Origin: Turneriella sp.
GTDB taxonomy: Bacteria > Spirochaetota > Leptospiria > Turneriellales > Turneriellaceae
Assembly: GCA_965279515.1 (NCBI GenBank)
Contig: CBDIID010000003.1
Location: 3,680,001-3,744,000, forward strand
Length of the DNA stretch: 64,000 nt
Reading direction: 5' to 3'
Shown: one piece after another, positions 10,238-21,783 of the stretch
How the letters are laid out: every line of letters begins with the position of its first letter
How positions within the stretch are numbered: position 1 is the stretch's first letter
The notes under the pieces: generated by a model
Database searches by the model: none
The model's input: only the letters and a program-made list of their open reading frames with translations
What the model was told of the DNA's origin: nothing
Program-made: the position numbers and the translations under genes

Positions 10238-11362
10238 ATGTTCGGGTATCGATTTTTTTCGATAACGATGGCCCTGGCCTTTCTTTTTTTTGTTGAGTGT
10301 TCTCCTTTTGGAAAATTTTGGGAAGATGAAAGAAAAAATATTGGAAATCAAGCAAGAATAGCCACTCATTTATACACGGTTGAATCCGGTACGGTCAAGG
10401 CCTACGCGATTGATCAGAAATCGGGTAGTCTTTCTTTTGCAGCGGGGCCGTTCTCCGCCGGAACTCCAAACACCGTGGTTATTGACCCGCGAACGCATTA
10501 TGCATATGTGTTGGGCGCATCGCCGAACGGCCTCAGGGTATATTCTGTTGAAGATCCGAGTACATTTGTGAACCTGGGAAATTATTTGCCGAGCAATGCG
10601 GCTACCAAGATCGCTATTCCACAGTCAGGCAATTTTGTATATCCTTCCGATGACATGAATATTTTTGGTTTTTCTGCTGATACAAGCGGCAATCTCGCAA
10701 GTTTGAGTGGTTTTCCATTGGCGGCGGGATGTATGGCTGGTTCAGCCGTATTTGCAGATCCTCTCTCGCGCTGGTTATACCATTTTTCAACAGGTACCAA
10801 TCTTAAAACAGATCAAATCAATTCTGATGGTACAGTCACTCTCTCAACACAAAGTGCTGCTGTTGCTTCTACTGCCGTGGCTGGCCGGTTTTTAGGTTCG
10901 GGCGAGGGTTTCTATTATATACATAGTTCAACGTCAGCGACAGATAATATTCATTATTATCCGGTGGATCAATCGACCGGGGCGTTAGCGGCGGGCGCTG
11001 GCTTTCCCCTCAGCGCAGGGTGTGTGAGCGCATCGGATGCCATGTTGCATCCCAATGAAAAATTTCTGTATGCTGCAGATTATGCCGACAAAGCTATTTA
11101 TACATATTCGGTCGACCCCACTACCCGGTCACTCACCCAATTGGGCGCACCCGTGGCTACACCAAACGCACCTTCAAAAATGGCGGTTACCCCTGACGGC
11201 AAATACCTTTATTTAGGGGGAGATGATGCAGGCGGAGTAGGGCTCATCAGAACTTACGCAATTGGAAATGACGGTTCGTTGGCGAGCATGCCTGACCTTA
11301 CATTAAGTAATCCCAGTGTGACTAGTATCACCGTGCGTACCGTCAGCGCGCCGCCAAACTAG
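10238..11362 (+). CDS. Lactonase-family beta-propeller protein
   Basis: Repeated blades (HPNEKFLYAA, TPDGKYLY). Confidence 0.75.
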   Translation: MFGYRFFSITMALAFLFFVECSPFGKFWEDERKNIGNQARIATHLYTVESGTVKAYAIDQKSGSLSFAAGPFSAGTPNTVVIDPRTHYAYVLGASPNGLRVYSVEDPSTFVNLGNYLPSNAATKIAIPQSGNFVYPSDDMNIFGFSADTSGNLASLSGFPLAAGCMAGSAVFADPLSRWLYHFSTGTNLKTDQINSDGTVTLSTQSAAVASTAVAGRFLGSGEGFYYIHSSTSATDNIHYYPVDQSTGALAAGAGFPLSAGCVSASDAMLHPNEKFLYAADYADKAIYTYSVDPTTRSLTQLGAPVATPNAPSKMAVTPDGKYLYLGGDDAGGVGLIRTYAIGNDGSLASMPDLTLSNPSVTSITVRTVSAPPN

Positions 11363-13810
11363 CGATATTTTCCGTCGGTTGATAAAAAAACTGAGCATAA
11401 AGGCAATTGTTAGCGCGTATAGCATGACAGTAATAATTTTACTGAATGAGTTATGAAATGATATTTCAAAAGAGTTTCCGGAAGGGCACATAAGCATTTG
11501 ATTTGTGTCGGTCTGAAAGATCGGCTCTCCATTTTGGCTTTGCCAATCAGGAAAAAAGCTTTGTTTGATTTCTACGGGCGTGCATGATTTACCTTTCTCC
11601 GGGAGCGGCATTTCGCCTTGCAGTTTGTTTCCCCCGTCGAACCTTGAATAAAGCAAAGCGGAATTTCTGACGTCCGGCAAAGGAATCTTTCTGTGGTATT
11701 TTGCAGGAAGTTTTACTATTGTATACAGGAAATGCACGTGGTTATTCGGTTTATGAGTCTTCTCGAAGTTGACTAAAATCAGGGGAAGGTTCAGTGCTTC
11801 CAGATGCTGAACGGAGTGTGAGGGTGCAAGAGCGCGCTCGGAATTAAAAATTATTACAGCTGACAGTTTGTTTTTGACTTCGCTTAAATCGCTTGCAGGT
11901 TGGTCCAGATTGATAATGGGCGCTGTTTTTCCCAGCAGGATTCTCGTCTGATTTGCGTACAGCAAGAAATCCTTTGGTGGCAATGGTCCATTTTTCATCA
12001 AATGCGACAGACTCGCAAAGCCGATAGGTAACTCAGAAAGGCTTGAAAGAAAGGGGCGGGCATACCGGATTTTATAAATAAACGCATTATCGCTGAAAAA
12101 GACCGGTTCAAACGCGCTGTTGCGCTGATTCAGATAATTGTGCATGGTAGCTGTTCTTCCGATCACATATTGCACTCCTGCCCTTTCAAGATATTCCGGG
12201 AGTAACTCTCCCTCATTTCCGGGCTCATGTAATTTCGAGAGCCAATTACTGTCGATTCCCCAAACAAACACATGGGGGAGCGCTTTGAGAAGGTATCCAT
12301 AAGTGACCAAAGAAGAAAGTGATGATTCGATCGTAAGTCCCAAAGCGTTTTTCTTCGCATTTTGACTTAAGAGATAGTCAACGCTGTGAGGGCTGCCAAA
12401 AAGTTCTGTGTTCCGGACTTTTTCCGGCAAGAAGATAGCATTTCTGGGTATTTGCTGCAAAGCGGTTTCTATGCTCTTGAAATGTGCTCTGTAATCGTTT
12501 AGTTTCATGCTTGCATAGCCTTCATGCGCCATGAAATCCCATGAGAGAAATCGGAAGATGAGCAGAATGGGCACGAGCGCCATGCCAATATTGGCATAGG
12601 GGGATTTGATTTTTGTGCCCAGATAGGAGAGGCTTAATGTACAAACGATGCAATACAGCGCAAAGGCGAGGTCAAAAATCCGATACCAATGAATTCCGAC
12701 AAAAAATAATAAAAGAGGAACAGAACTATCTTGGCTGATCCACATGAACAGAAAGCTTGCCGGCAGTACAAAGATAAATTTTTCCTGGGTGCTCCGATCG
12801 ATAATAATTGCCTTAAAGGCAAACACGTATAGACCCAAAAAGACTAAATGCAGCCATTTAAAGGACACGAGGAATTCGGTAAATACATAGCTCCCGATCG
12901 ATGCTTGCTTGGTAAATGCCGCTAAAATATCAATTCCCAATAAGGAGTTGATAACGGGAAAACTAATAATCGAAGGGCCACCACTTGTAAAAGCAGAATA
13001 TTTTAGATAAACAAAAATCATGGGCAGAGCGGGCACAAGAGGAAGAACGAACAGAGCGAAAATAGATTGCATCTTGAAACTCTTCCGATAGATCAGGAAG
13101 TATAGTGTTAAAGTGAGGTAGCAGAACGCCAAACTCAAGTAATGGGTATAGAACAGAATGGCGACCGATAAAATGAAGCGAACAAAATTACGAAACTGTT
13201 TCTTTCTGCGATAGCTCTCCAAAAAATAAAGACTTAAAAAAACAATGCCTAAAGCAAATGTTGAGACAACGGTGCCATTGATGAAACCGATAAGAGAGGT
13301 AGCTTGCGTGCCTTTTCCGGCGTAAGTAAAATAGAGGGTAATTGCCGAGATAATAAGAGCGAACCGCTTAAAAAACCCCACTTGCTCTAAAAGCAAATCA
13401 ATATACTTAATGAATGCCCACGAAAAGAAAATCAATGTCGAAAAAACCAGGAGATTAAATGCCAGTCCGGGCGATTGCAAAAAAAAATTAGATTGAGAGG
13501 CCAGAAAGTAGAAAAACGGAGGATAAAAATAAAAAACCGGAAAGCCTCCAAACCATGTGGGGTCGTATCCGACAGAATCAAAATTACTAAATAGTCGGCC
13601 ATAAACTCCTGCCAGGTGTCTATGGCCAAGGGTGTCCCATCCTGTTATCGGTTCTGAAGAAAATAAGAAACTAAATTTGATGCTTAAGAGGGCGAAGACG
13701 ACTGCCAGGCTTAAGAGAGGCGCCAGTGCCTCATGGCTCCTAATGGTCCTTCCCAGCTCCAACCAGCGCGAAAATTTCATACTTTTGATTTTGGAAAACC
13801 GGAACCACAT
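11303..13810 (-). CDS. Polytopic membrane protein, PTPS-related/GT-C-like
   Basis: GWDTLGH...WFGGFPVFYFYPP motif, many TM helices. Confidence 0.7.
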   Translation of the reverse strand: MWFRFSKIKSMKFSRWLELGRTIRSHEALAPLLSLAVVFALLSIKFSFLFSSEPITGWDTLGHRHLAGVYGRLFSNFDSVGYDPTWFGGFPVFYFYPPFFYFLASQSNFFLQSPGLAFNLLVFSTLIFFSWAFIKYIDLLLEQVGFFKRFALIISAITLYFTYAGKGTQATSLIGFINGTVVSTFALGIVFLSLYFLESYRRKKQFRNFVRFILSVAILFYTHYLSLAFCYLTLTLYFLIYRKSFKMQSIFALFVLPLVPALPMIFVYLKYSAFTSGGPSIISFPVINSLLGIDILAAFTKQASIGSYVFTEFLVSFKWLHLVFLGLYVFAFKAIIIDRSTQEKFIFVLPASFLFMWISQDSSVPLLLFFVGIHWYRIFDLAFALYCIVCTLSLSYLGTKIKSPYANIGMALVPILLIFRFLSWDFMAHEGYASMKLNDYRAHFKSIETALQQIPRNAIFLPEKVRNTELFGSPHSVDYLLSQNAKKNALGLTIESSLSSLVTYGYLLKALPHVFVWGIDSNWLSKLHEPGNEGELLPEYLERAGVQYVIGRTATMHNYLNQRNSAFEPVFFSDNAFIYKIRYARPFLSSLSELPIGFASLSHLMKNGPLPPKDFLLYANQTRILLGKTAPIINLDQPASDLSEVKNKLSAVIIFNSERALAPSHSVQHLEALNLPLILVNFEKTHKPNNHVHFLYTIVKLPAKYHRKIPLPDVRNSALLYSRFDGGNKLQGEMPLPEKGKSCTPVEIKQSFFPDWQSQNGEPIFQTDTNQMLMCPSGNSFEISFHNSFSKIITVMLYALTIAFMLSFFINRRKISLVWRRADGTHGDTSHTGIT

Positions 13811-15236
13811 AATCTTTTTCTTGCTTCATTTTGGCAATGATTACAGTGTGAATAGACTTTTCCAGCACGGCATATTTTGCGTTTAACCTGGTTATTGCCA
13901 GATGCGGTTTATCGAGCATGCCCGAATAAAATTCTTTCAGCAAAGAATACTTTTGAGTATTGTGGGAGTAGGCATATGCGGGGTTTAAGCCAAATGGATA
14001 GTAGTTATGGGCATTTTTGAAAAAAAAGACCGGAAAGTCGTCCCAGGGTAATAGAACCAGGCTCTGTTTGGGAGTGTTGCTCTTTAGCCAGTGAGCGGCG
14101 TCAAAAGCATATTGCGGATTCTGCATTCTGAATTGGAGTAATATTCTATTATAGGTTTGAGGTAAGTTGAAAAATAGTATCTGCAATGCGAATAGTGCGC
14201 AAATCACTCTCTTTGTATTCTCTGAAATGAGCATGACATTTGCTGTCGCAGCGAAGATAGTTACAAATGGGAGGAAATACTCTAGAGGTTTGACTGCCAT
14301 GGATAAAGAGGCAATGCTGAGTATAACAAGACCCAGCAGGGTTTTCTCGAACGCAGAGTCGATTTTCGTGGCTATGACCCTGGCGGCCAGGAAAACCATG
14401 GGCACAAAAATTGCGACGGTCTGTACATTTCTCGCGGCAGGAAGCCATTCAGCTATGGTTTCAATCTCATTGCCGTGAAAAAACTGGACAAAAAACTCTG
14501 CATAGTATCCTTTGAATTGATGGGGAAACGACGGATGTAGAATAAGAGCGGAAATAATTCCCCCCAAGGTTGCGGTAAGACATTTCCACTCAATTGCTTT
14601 CTTTTCGACGGTTTCGGCTATGGTGAACAATAAAGCCGCAACAATCAGGACTGGAAAACCCGGGTATGCCCACACTGATATAAAAGAAAGGATTCCGAGG
14701 GCTTTCCAATTCTTGTTTCGCAGATATTTCAAAAACAAAAACAATAGGCCCAGGAAAAGAGTAATTCCTCTGCCAAACATGAGCCTGCCGGTAAAAATAG
14801 GTGATGCCAGAAGAAAAAATAGCATCCAGAACCAGCGATAAGGTAAGTTGTTGTCTTTTAGAAGATAGCCCAGGCACCAGGTTGAAAAGCTTGAAAAAAG
14901 CACAGTTCCGATTTTAGCCGCCCAAATGAGATTGTGGTTGGTCAGCAGAATCAGAAGTGATTGGAGAGCTTGAAAAACAAAGTGAAAATGCACGAAATTA
15001 TCACTGAAACCTGTGAAAGCCATTTGTGGTAATTGATAAATAATTCCATGTTCCAGCATTAGGTTAGCGATTTGAATGTGAAAATACAGATCATGGTCCA
15101 ATAAGTAGGGCGTGTGAAATTGCAGAATCGAAAAAAAACAGGCCGGAAGAATGAAGTATAATCCTAGTTCGCGGTCTTTTACGGGCAAAGGGATCAACTT
15201 GGCAAGCTTGTCTTTAAGAAACCGCAGAGAGCGCAT
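13740..15236 (-). CDS. Polytopic membrane protein, GT-C-like
   Basis: DHDLYFHIQIA N-terminal loop, many TMs, WLKSNTP...WDDFP periplasmic tail. Confidence 0.65.
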   Translation of the reverse strand: MRSLRFLKDKLAKLIPLPVKDRELGLYFILPACFFSILQFHTPYLLDHDLYFHIQIANLMLEHGIIYQLPQMAFTGFSDNFVHFHFVFQALQSLLILLTNHNLIWAAKIGTVLFSSFSTWCLGYLLKDNNLPYRWFWMLFFLLASPIFTGRLMFGRGITLFLGLLFLFLKYLRNKNWKALGILSFISVWAYPGFPVLIVAALLFTIAETVEKKAIEWKCLTATLGGIISALILHPSFPHQFKGYYAEFFVQFFHGNEIETIAEWLPAARNVQTVAIFVPMVFLAARVIATKIDSAFEKTLLGLVILSIASLSMAVKPLEYFLPFVTIFAATANVMLISENTKRVICALFALQILFFNLPQTYNRILLQFRMQNPQYAFDAAHWLKSNTPKQSLVLLPWDDFPVFFFKNAHNYYPFGLNPAYAYSHNTQKYSLLKEFYSGMLDKPHLAITRLNAKYAVLEKSIHTVIIAKMKQEKDYVVPVFQNQKYEIFALVGAGKDH

Positions 15237-15279
15237 TGTATTTGGCTACCAACTAAGAAATTGGTTTAAAATCTGACGA

Positions 15280-16248
15280 CTAATCATTTGTCAATTTTAC
15301 TGCATGACTGAGCTCTTTGGGTATGAGGACGAGATTAAGGTGATATCTGTCATCGTTGACATTATCGAAGACGCTTTCTGTAAAATCTACCAGTTGGTAT
15401 CTTCCGGTGTAAGTGTCGTAATCATATGTCTCAGTTGAGAAGTACTTGAACAGGTACCCATCGGGTACGATTTTTTCAAATGATTCAAATTTTCCGAAAA
15501 AATTTCGCCCCACGAGATTGTATTCCATTACAACGATCGGCCTTTCCTTTTTCAGAGTCTGTTGAAGTCCTTCCATAGCAGATTTTTCAGATCCTTCAAT
15601 GTCAATTTTTATTATGCAAAAATCTTTGATGTTATTTGCCTTGAAAAAATCATCGCCCCTTACAATCGGCAACTTCTTAAAAGGGGTGTTCTCTTTTGAA
15701 AAATTCCGGATAAAGGATCCGGTCCCCAGATTGTTCTGTGGAGGTTTAAAAAAATCAGCCTCTGAATTTATTTCACCCAGCCCAATCTTCCACAGATGAA
15801 TTTGAGACAATTTGTTGAGCTGAATCATCCGGGTCATGTCCCGCCATGCTGGGTCATAAGGTTCAAAAGCATAAATTGTCTGCGCATATTTGGACATAAA
15901 AAAAGAGTGCTGCCCTCGATTCGACCCGACATCCACAAAATTACGGCATCCCGATAAACCGAAATTATCTCTCATGAAAAAAAGTAAGGGTTTTTCATAT
16001 GCTCCATAGAGCAGTATCTCCCGGTCGATCAAGTTGCCAGAGGTGCCAAAATATGTGATGCCGAAAAAATCCAGGGAGAAAGGAAATTCATTTCTGATAG
16101 TTACAGAGTTCAGTTTAAATTCGGCCCGATATTTTGCAGCCATAAACTCAGCTTTCGAATCTTTACACAATGAACCAGCCAGGACGTTTACGACCAAACC
16201 ACTCAGAAGCAGGGCTCTGCCGGTCACTTTGGAGTATTTCATGATCAT
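15280..16248 (-). CDS. FkbM-family methyltransferase
   Basis: FVDVGSNRG, AFEP, IKIDIEGSE. Confidence 0.9.
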   Translation of the reverse strand: MIMKYSKVTGRALLLSGLVVNVLAGSLCKDSKAEFMAAKYRAEFKLNSVTIRNEFPFSLDFFGITYFGTSGNLIDREILLYGAYEKPLLFFMRDNFGLSGCRNFVDVGSNRGQHSFFMSKYAQTIYAFEPYDPAWRDMTRMIQLNKLSQIHLWKIGLGEINSEADFFKPPQNNLGTGSFIRNFSKENTPFKKLPIVRGDDFFKANNIKDFCIIKIDIEGSEKSAMEGLQQTLKKERPIVVMEYNLVGRNFFGKFESFEKIVPDGYLFKYFSTETYDYDTYTGRYQLVDFTESVFDNVNDDRYHLNLVLIPKELSHAVKLTND

Positions 16249-16428
16249 CTAGCAAGAATTCAACTGGTTTTCCACCAAAAGCATCGCCGCATACCGAGGC
16301 ACTCGATTCGGTTAATCAGAATCTAAAAACCGGCTGTGGGAAGTAAACACTATTCGAAGGCCTATGAAACGGGTTTGGCGGATTTCCATTCTCCTCGACG
16401 CCCCCTCTCGGCAAAAAAATCCTGTCGC

Positions 16429-19143
16429 ATGCAGAACCCGAATTGGGCCGATAAGCTCGGCACGCGTAAGAAACTTTCCACGGCCGCTGGCGAGATTGCC
16501 TATTATTCACTCCCTGAACTCGCGAAAAAATACCCCAACATCAACCGCCTCCCTTATAGCATCCGCATTCTGCTCGAAGCGGCGCTCAGGCAAGAAGACG
16601 GATTTATCATCGATGAGAACCATATCAAAACCATCGCCGAATATAACCCAAAATCCGTAAAAGAAGAGGAGATCCCTTTCAAACCTGCACGCGTTGTCAT
16701 GCAGGATTTCACCGGTGTGCCGGGCGTCGTCGACCTCGCGGCGATGCGCGATGCGATGACTGAACTCAAAATTGATCCGACAAAAATAAATCCCGTACTG
16801 CCTGTTGACCTCGTGATCGACCACTCGGTGCAGGTGGATTTTGCCGGCGGGGCTGACTCGCTCGATAAAAATAATAAGCTCGAGTTCGAACGCAATGGCG
16901 AGCGTTATGAATTCCTCCGCTGGGGTTCGGGCGCGTTCTCTAACTTCCAGGTCGTACCTCCCGCCACCGGCATTGTACACCAGGTAAACCTCGAATATCT
17001 CGCGAAGGTTGTGCAGACGCGTACGCATAACGGCGAACTCGTCGCCTACCCCGATTCGCTTGTGGGCACCGACTCGCATACCACGATGATCAACGGCCTG
17101 GGTGTCCTGGGTTGGGGTGTTGGCGGTATCGAGGCCGAAGCCGTGATGCTCGAGCAGCCGATCTATATGCTGATTCCCGAAGTTGTCGGGTTTAAGCTCA
17201 CCGGAGCATTGCCCGAAGGCGCGACGGCAACCGACCTCGTGCTCACCGTTACACAGATGCTGCGTAAGCATGGTGTCGTCGGCAAGTTCGTCGAATTCTA
17301 TGGCGAAGGTTTAAGCAACATGACACTCGCCGACCGTGCGACCATCGCCAACATGGCGCCCGAGTATGGTGCGACGATGGGCTTTTTCCCGATCGACGAC
17401 GAAACTCTGCGTTACATGCGCCTGACCGGCCGCGACGATAAACTCGTCGACCTGGTAGAGAAGTATTCCAAGGCGCAGGGCCTGTTCCTTACTAAAGAAG
17501 CCCCAACGCCTGATTTCAGTTCAACACTCGAACTCGACATGGGCAAGGTTGTGCCCTCGATTGCCGGCCCCAAGCGGCCACAAGACCGCATCGAACTGAA
17601 GAACGCTAAAGCCGAATACCACAAGGCGATGGCTGACATCTTTAAAGACGCACCTGACAAAACGGTGGATGTCACCCTGCATGGCAAAGCTGAAAAGCTG
17701 GGCAATGGTTCACTTGTGATCGCTGCGATCACTTCATGCACCAATACATCCAACCCCTCTGTGCTCATCGCTGCGGGTCTCGTTGCCGAAAAAGCAGCAA
17801 AAGCCGGACTGCACGTGCCAGCTACGGTCAAGAGCTCACTCGCACCGGGGTCGCGCGTTGTAACAAAATATCTTGAGGCAGCAGGCTTACAAAAGTCGCT
17901 CGACCAGATCGGCTTCAACACCGTGGGTTATGGCTGCACCACCTGCATCGGTAACAGCGGGCCGCTCGATCAAACTATTTCCGATTCGATCAATAAGAAC
18001 AATCTTACCGTGGGCGCTGTGCTCTCCGGTAACCGGAACTTTGAAGGCCGTATTCACGCCGATGTGAAGGCGAACTACCTGGCTTCACCGCCGCTCGTCG
18101 TCGCCTACGCGCTCGCCGGCACGATGGACATCGACTTTGATAAAGAGAAGATCCAGGGCAAGGTGACGCTCAAAGAAATCTGGCCGACACAAAAAGAGGT
18201 CAACGATGCTCTTGCCAAGGCTGTAACCTCTGACCTCTTTAAGAAAGAGTATGGTAACGTTTTCAAGGCCAATGCGATGTGGAATGATATCAAGGTCGGT
18301 GCCGGCAGCACCTACCAATGGGACCAGAAATCCACATACATTGCGAAGCCGAACTATTTTGAAAATTTCTCGCTCAAAGAGCCGGGAATTCCCGTTCTGA
18401 AAGACATCAGCTGCCTCGCGGTCTTCGGCGATTCGGTCACCACCGACCACATCTCGCCCGCGGGTAATATTAAAAAAGACGGCCCTGCCGGTAAGTACCT
18501 GCAGGCCCGCGGCGTTCAGCCGGTTGACTTTAACACCTATGGCGCGCGCCGCGGTAACCACGAAGTTATGGTGCGCGGTACGTTCGCGAATACACGCATC
18601 AAGAACCTCATGACAGCTCCGGAAGCCGTCAGCGGCAAAACCGCCGACTGGACCAAGGTGCCTGAAGGCGGCAACACGGTGCATATCCCATCGGGTGAAA
18701 AGATGAGCATCTTTGACGCGGCGATGAAATACATGGAAGCAAAAACTCCGCTCATTGTACTCGCCGGAAAGGAATATGGTACCGGTTCATCGCGCGACTG
18801 GGCGGCGAAAGGCCCTGCGCTGCAGGGTATCAAGGTTGTGATCGCTGAAAGTTTTGAACGTATTCACCGCTCAAACCTCATTGGCATGGGCATTCTGCCG
18901 CTGCAGTTTAAGAATGGCGAAAATGCGCAGGGTCTGGGTCTCGACGGTACGGAAATTTTCAACGTCGAGGGTTATGACAATAATTTGAAGCCGCGCACCG
19001 ATATCAAAGTCACCGCCAAAAAGAAAGATGGTTCACTGGTTTCATTCACGACGCTGAATCGTGTGGATACCCCGGTTGAGGTTGTTTACCTCAAGAACGG
19101 GGGTATTCTCCATACGGTCCTGAGAAAACTGGGCGCCGGCTAA
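16429..19143 (+). CDS. acnA: Aconitate hydratase A
   Basis: [51 protein letters not shown]; start at MQNPNW. Confidence 0.97.
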   Translation: MQNPNWADKLGTRKKLSTAAGEIAYYSLPELAKKYPNINRLPYSIRILLEAALRQEDGFIIDENHIKTIAEYNPKSVKEEEIPFKPARVVMQDFTGVPGVVDLAAMRDAMTELKIDPTKINPVLPVDLVIDHSVQVDFAGGADSLDKNNKLEFERNGERYEFLRWGSGAFSNFQVVPPATGIVHQVNLEYLAKVVQTRTHNGELVAYPDSLVGTDSHTTMINGLGVLGWGVGGIEAEAVMLEQPIYMLIPEVVGFKLTGALPEGATATDLVLTVTQMLRKHGVVGKFVEFYGEGLSNMTLADRATIANMAPEYGATMGFFPIDDETLRYMRLTGRDDKLVDLVEKYSKAQGLFLTKEAPTPDFSSTLELDMGKVVPSIAGPKRPQDRIELKNAKAEYHKAMADIFKDAPDKTVDVTLHGKAEKLGNGSLVIAAITSCTNTSNPSVLIAAGLVAEKAAKAGLHVPATVKSSLAPGSRVVTKYLEAAGLQKSLDQIGFNTVGYGCTTCIGNSGPLDQTISDSINKNNLTVGAVLSGNRNFEGRIHADVKANYLASPPLVVAYALAGTMDIDFDKEKIQGKVTLKEIWPTQKEVNDALAKAVTSDLFKKEYGNVFKANAMWNDIKVGAGSTYQWDQKSTYIAKPNYFENFSLKEPGIPVLKDISCLAVFGDSVTTDHISPAGNIKKDGPAGKYLQARGVQPVDFNTYGARRGNHEVMVRGTFANTRIKNLMTAPEAVSGKTADWTKVPEGGNTVHIPSGEKMSIFDAAMKYMEAKTPLIVLAGKEYGTGSSRDWAAKGPALQGIKVVIAESFERIHRSNLIGMGILPLQFKNGENAQGLGLDGTEIFNVEGYDNNLKPRTDIKVTAKKKDGSLVSFTTLNRVDTPVEVVYLKNGGILHTVLRKLGAG

Positions 19144-19156
19144 GCGGGCTTATGAC

Positions 19157-19171
19157 GGGGGGATATCCCCC
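19157..19171. terminator. Short hairpin between convergent genes
   Basis: G-run/gatatc/C-run palindrome between acnA stop and convergent gene. Confidence 0.35.
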
Positions 19172-19175
19172 TTGA

Positions 19176-20390
19176 TTATTTCATAAAGTCGTCGAGCGAC
19201 AGGCCGCCGGTATCGGTGCTTTCGCCCGAAGCTTTGCTTTTCATCTTTTCAGGCAGCAGGGTTTCATTATAACTCTTCGCCAGTTCAAAAATTTCATCGT
19301 GTTCGAAATCCTTGCGGATAGAAACCTCGAGGTTAAAATTCGGATCGTTAATCCCTTTCTGCATGATGTGTACGACATCGGTGACGTTTTGCACAAAATG
19401 GCGGCTGTAAATGAACATGAATGAGAGCAGAATCGCGACGATGCCGAAGAAGACCATGATATTCACACGTGCACGTTCCTTGGAGAGCGGCCAGGTGTTA
19501 AAATATACGATCACGTCGCCCTCTTTAACGGGATGCACATGCGAATCGCCCTTAAATTTCAATTCAGGTTTATTCGCGGCATTGTACTTGTAATGCGTCG
19601 CGAGCTGATCGTCCGAGATCGAAGATAACAGCAGATTGCCCTTATAATAAACCTGCGCAATATTCGATTGTTTGGTCTCGATCTGGAACATGAGTCCGGT
19701 GATGAGATCCTTGGCGCGTTCTGTTTTTTCGGTCTCGCTGCCATTCGTGCCGTTTGCGACGGTCTGGATATTTTTCGCGAGTTGCCTGTAGAAAACTTCC
19801 TGGTTCTGTTCGATGTCGTGACCGCCCGTAATCCCCGCGAAAGCCATGAAGCTGTAGACAACGATAAACGCCATCGTGGCGATCGTCGAGATCACCGCAA
19901 TGTGGCGGTTTGCCATCTGTGAATCGGTGTTGTGTATTTTACCCATGACCTTGAGCAGCCGTAAGAGCCGCAGGATACGGCTAACGCGCACTGCTTTCAC
20001 GATCTTGATACTGCTCATGAAACCCAAACCGGCACCGGGGCCGAAAAGATCGGGGTTCAGCATCAGTAAAACTTCGGGGCCGCTCGAAAGAATCAGTAAC
20101 GGGAACGATGAAATGAGATCGATCCAGCCGCGCTGGTGCACCATGTAATGTTTTGCTGCGCCGTGGCGACCCGTGACGACGAGGCGTGCGCCAAATTCAA
20201 AGGTGAAGATTACGTCCGTCGCGCATGAAAGTACCAGAATAATGTTGCGCACCGGCAGTGAGAAATCCAGTACCGTGGCAAATTCGTCGAGCACCGTGAT
20301 AACGAGCGCAAAGACGATCGCAACGATGATAAAGTTCTCAACGATGCTGCCGAGGTAATTGGCTTCGTGGTAATTCTTTTTATTTTCCAT
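19176..20390 (-). CDS. Ion-transport (voltage-sensor-like) membrane protein with HAMP-like tail
   Basis: GWIDLISSFP, S4-like RVSRILRLLRLLK, C-terminal DEIFELAKSYN. Confidence 0.65.
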   Translation of the reverse strand: MENKKNYHEANYLGSIVENFIIVAIVFALVITVLDEFATVLDFSLPVRNIILVLSCATDVIFTFEFGARLVVTGRHGAAKHYMVHQRGWIDLISSFPLLILSSGPEVLLMLNPDLFGPGAGLGFMSSIKIVKAVRVSRILRLLRLLKVMGKIHNTDSQMANRHIAVISTIATMAFIVVYSFMAFAGITGGHDIEQNQEVFYRQLAKNIQTVANGTNGSETEKTERAKDLITGLMFQIETKQSNIAQVYYKGNLLLSSISDDQLATHYKYNAANKPELKFKGDSHVHPVKEGDVIVYFNTWPLSKERARVNIMVFFGIVAILLSFMFIYSRHFVQNVTDVVHIMQKGINDPNFNLEVSIRKDFEHDEIFELAKSYNETLLPEKMKSKASGESTDTGGLSLDDFMK

Positions 20391-20398
20391 GGTTTGCC

Positions 20399-21319
20399 TC
20401 AGGCCTTCATCGTAAAAGCCATGCGGTTGAATTCTTCGAGCATGCGTTTGTCAAAACCCATGAAGGCGGCGTTTTTGATCTGTACGGAAAACCAGGACTT
20501 ATCGGGTGTCTCAGAACCTTTTTCAGCCTTCTGGCCTTTGCGAAAATCTTTTGTACGTGCGAACATGATTGCGAGAAATTTTCCAATAGGTGTCGCCGTC
20601 GATTCAGAGGCAGCGATAGGTACTTTGAGTGCAACGTTAAGCAGGTCGGGATTAATGCCGGGCGCGACGGAGCGCACGAGGGCCGTGACCTTGTCGAAAT
20701 AGCTCTTTTGCTGGGCGGGTTTGTCCTTGAGGTCGAATGCATTTACGGGTTGTGTACCCACCTGCGGTATCGGAATGCGGATTGCCCCCGCAGGCACGAC
20801 GGCGGCGCAGAGCTTGATGTATTCAGACATGTGCTGCACATCAAGGTTGAGCTTCTGTACGCGAAAGAGTTCGTTGTAGATATAGCCTTTTTCTTCAAAT
20901 GCCGCCGCGACATAACGATCGATATAACTTTCATTGAGCAGCATGCAGTACTGATCGATCATCTGCCGTGCTTCTTTGTGGGCAGCGATTTTTTCGTAGA
21001 GTAGTAACAAATGCGCGAGAACATCCTCGCCGCTACCGATGCCGAGCGTTTCGGGCACGGATACCTCGAAGGCACCGGGCACGACTTCTTTGGCTTTTTC
21101 GAGAATGGACTGCGAGATATACGTGCGGATATCAGCGATCAGTTTGTCGGTGGTTTTGTCGGCCGCGATGCCGGGATAAAATTTCTGGCTGGCGATGACG
21201 GCGGACATCTGCTGTTTGTTCTGCTCTACGAAATTGCTGATTTGCTGTTCGATCATACTGATAGGCTGGCCGTTGAAGTTCGGGTTCGAAATCAGCTTCA
21301 ATATGAAGTCGGAAATCAT
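20399..21319 (-). CDS. Hypothetical protein
   Basis: 306-aa ORF in operon with RidA. Confidence 0.7.
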   Translation of the reverse strand: MISDFILKLISNPNFNGQPISMIEQQISNFVEQNKQQMSAVIASQKFYPGIAADKTTDKLIADIRTYISQSILEKAKEVVPGAFEVSVPETLGIGSGEDVLAHLLLLYEKIAAHKEARQMIDQYCMLLNESYIDRYVAAAFEEKGYIYNELFRVQKLNLDVQHMSEYIKLCAAVVPAGAIRIPIPQVGTQPVNAFDLKDKPAQQKSYFDKVTALVRSVAPGINPDLLNVALKVPIAASESTATPIGKFLAIMFARTKDFRKGQKAEKGSETPDKSWFSVQIKNAAFMGFDKRMLEEFNRMAFTMKA

Positions 21320-21344
21320 TCTTAATCCTCGGTTGTTTTGATGC

Positions 21345-21722
21345 TTATTTCAAATACATTATTGCTTCGATTTCGACCGAAGCACCCCGGGGCAGCGCGG
21401 CGACCTGGAAGGTCGAACGCGCGGGTTTGTGGTCTCCAAAGTGCCGGGCGTAGACGTCATTCATCGCCTGAAAGTGGGCAAGATCAGTCATAAAGACTGT
21501 GCATTTCGTGATTTTGGTTAATCCCCCGCCCGCCGCTTCGCAGACGGCTTTAACATTCCTGAGAACCTGCTCGGTCTGTTCGGCGATATTCTCAGAAACG
21601 AGGAGGCCCGTCTCAGGCACGAGCGGAATCTGGCCTGATAAAAACAGGAAATCCCCCGCGGCGATTGCCTGCGAGTAGGGGCCGACGGCTGCCGGCGCTT
21701 GGGGTGTCGATACGATTTTCAT
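21345..21722 (-). CDS. ridA: RidA/YjgF/UK114 enamine deaminase
   Basis: APAAVGPYSQA, SGQIP, PARS..VAALP..VEIEA. Confidence 0.93.
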   Translation of the reverse strand: MKIVSTPQAPAAVGPYSQAIAAGDFLFLSGQIPLVPETGLLVSENIAEQTEQVLRNVKAVCEAAGGGLTKITKCTVFMTDLAHFQAMNDVYARHFGDHKPARSTFQVAALPRGASVEIEAIMYLK

Positions 21723-21783
21723 GCTTCTGGATACCCATGAAAACCGGCGCCGTCAATAATAAAAGGTCAAAAAGCGGGCGAAA

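Noticed and set aside
4997..18833. Long antisense ORFs over the kinase, phosphatase and acnA genes
   Set aside because: Shadow frames of GC-rich coding sequence.
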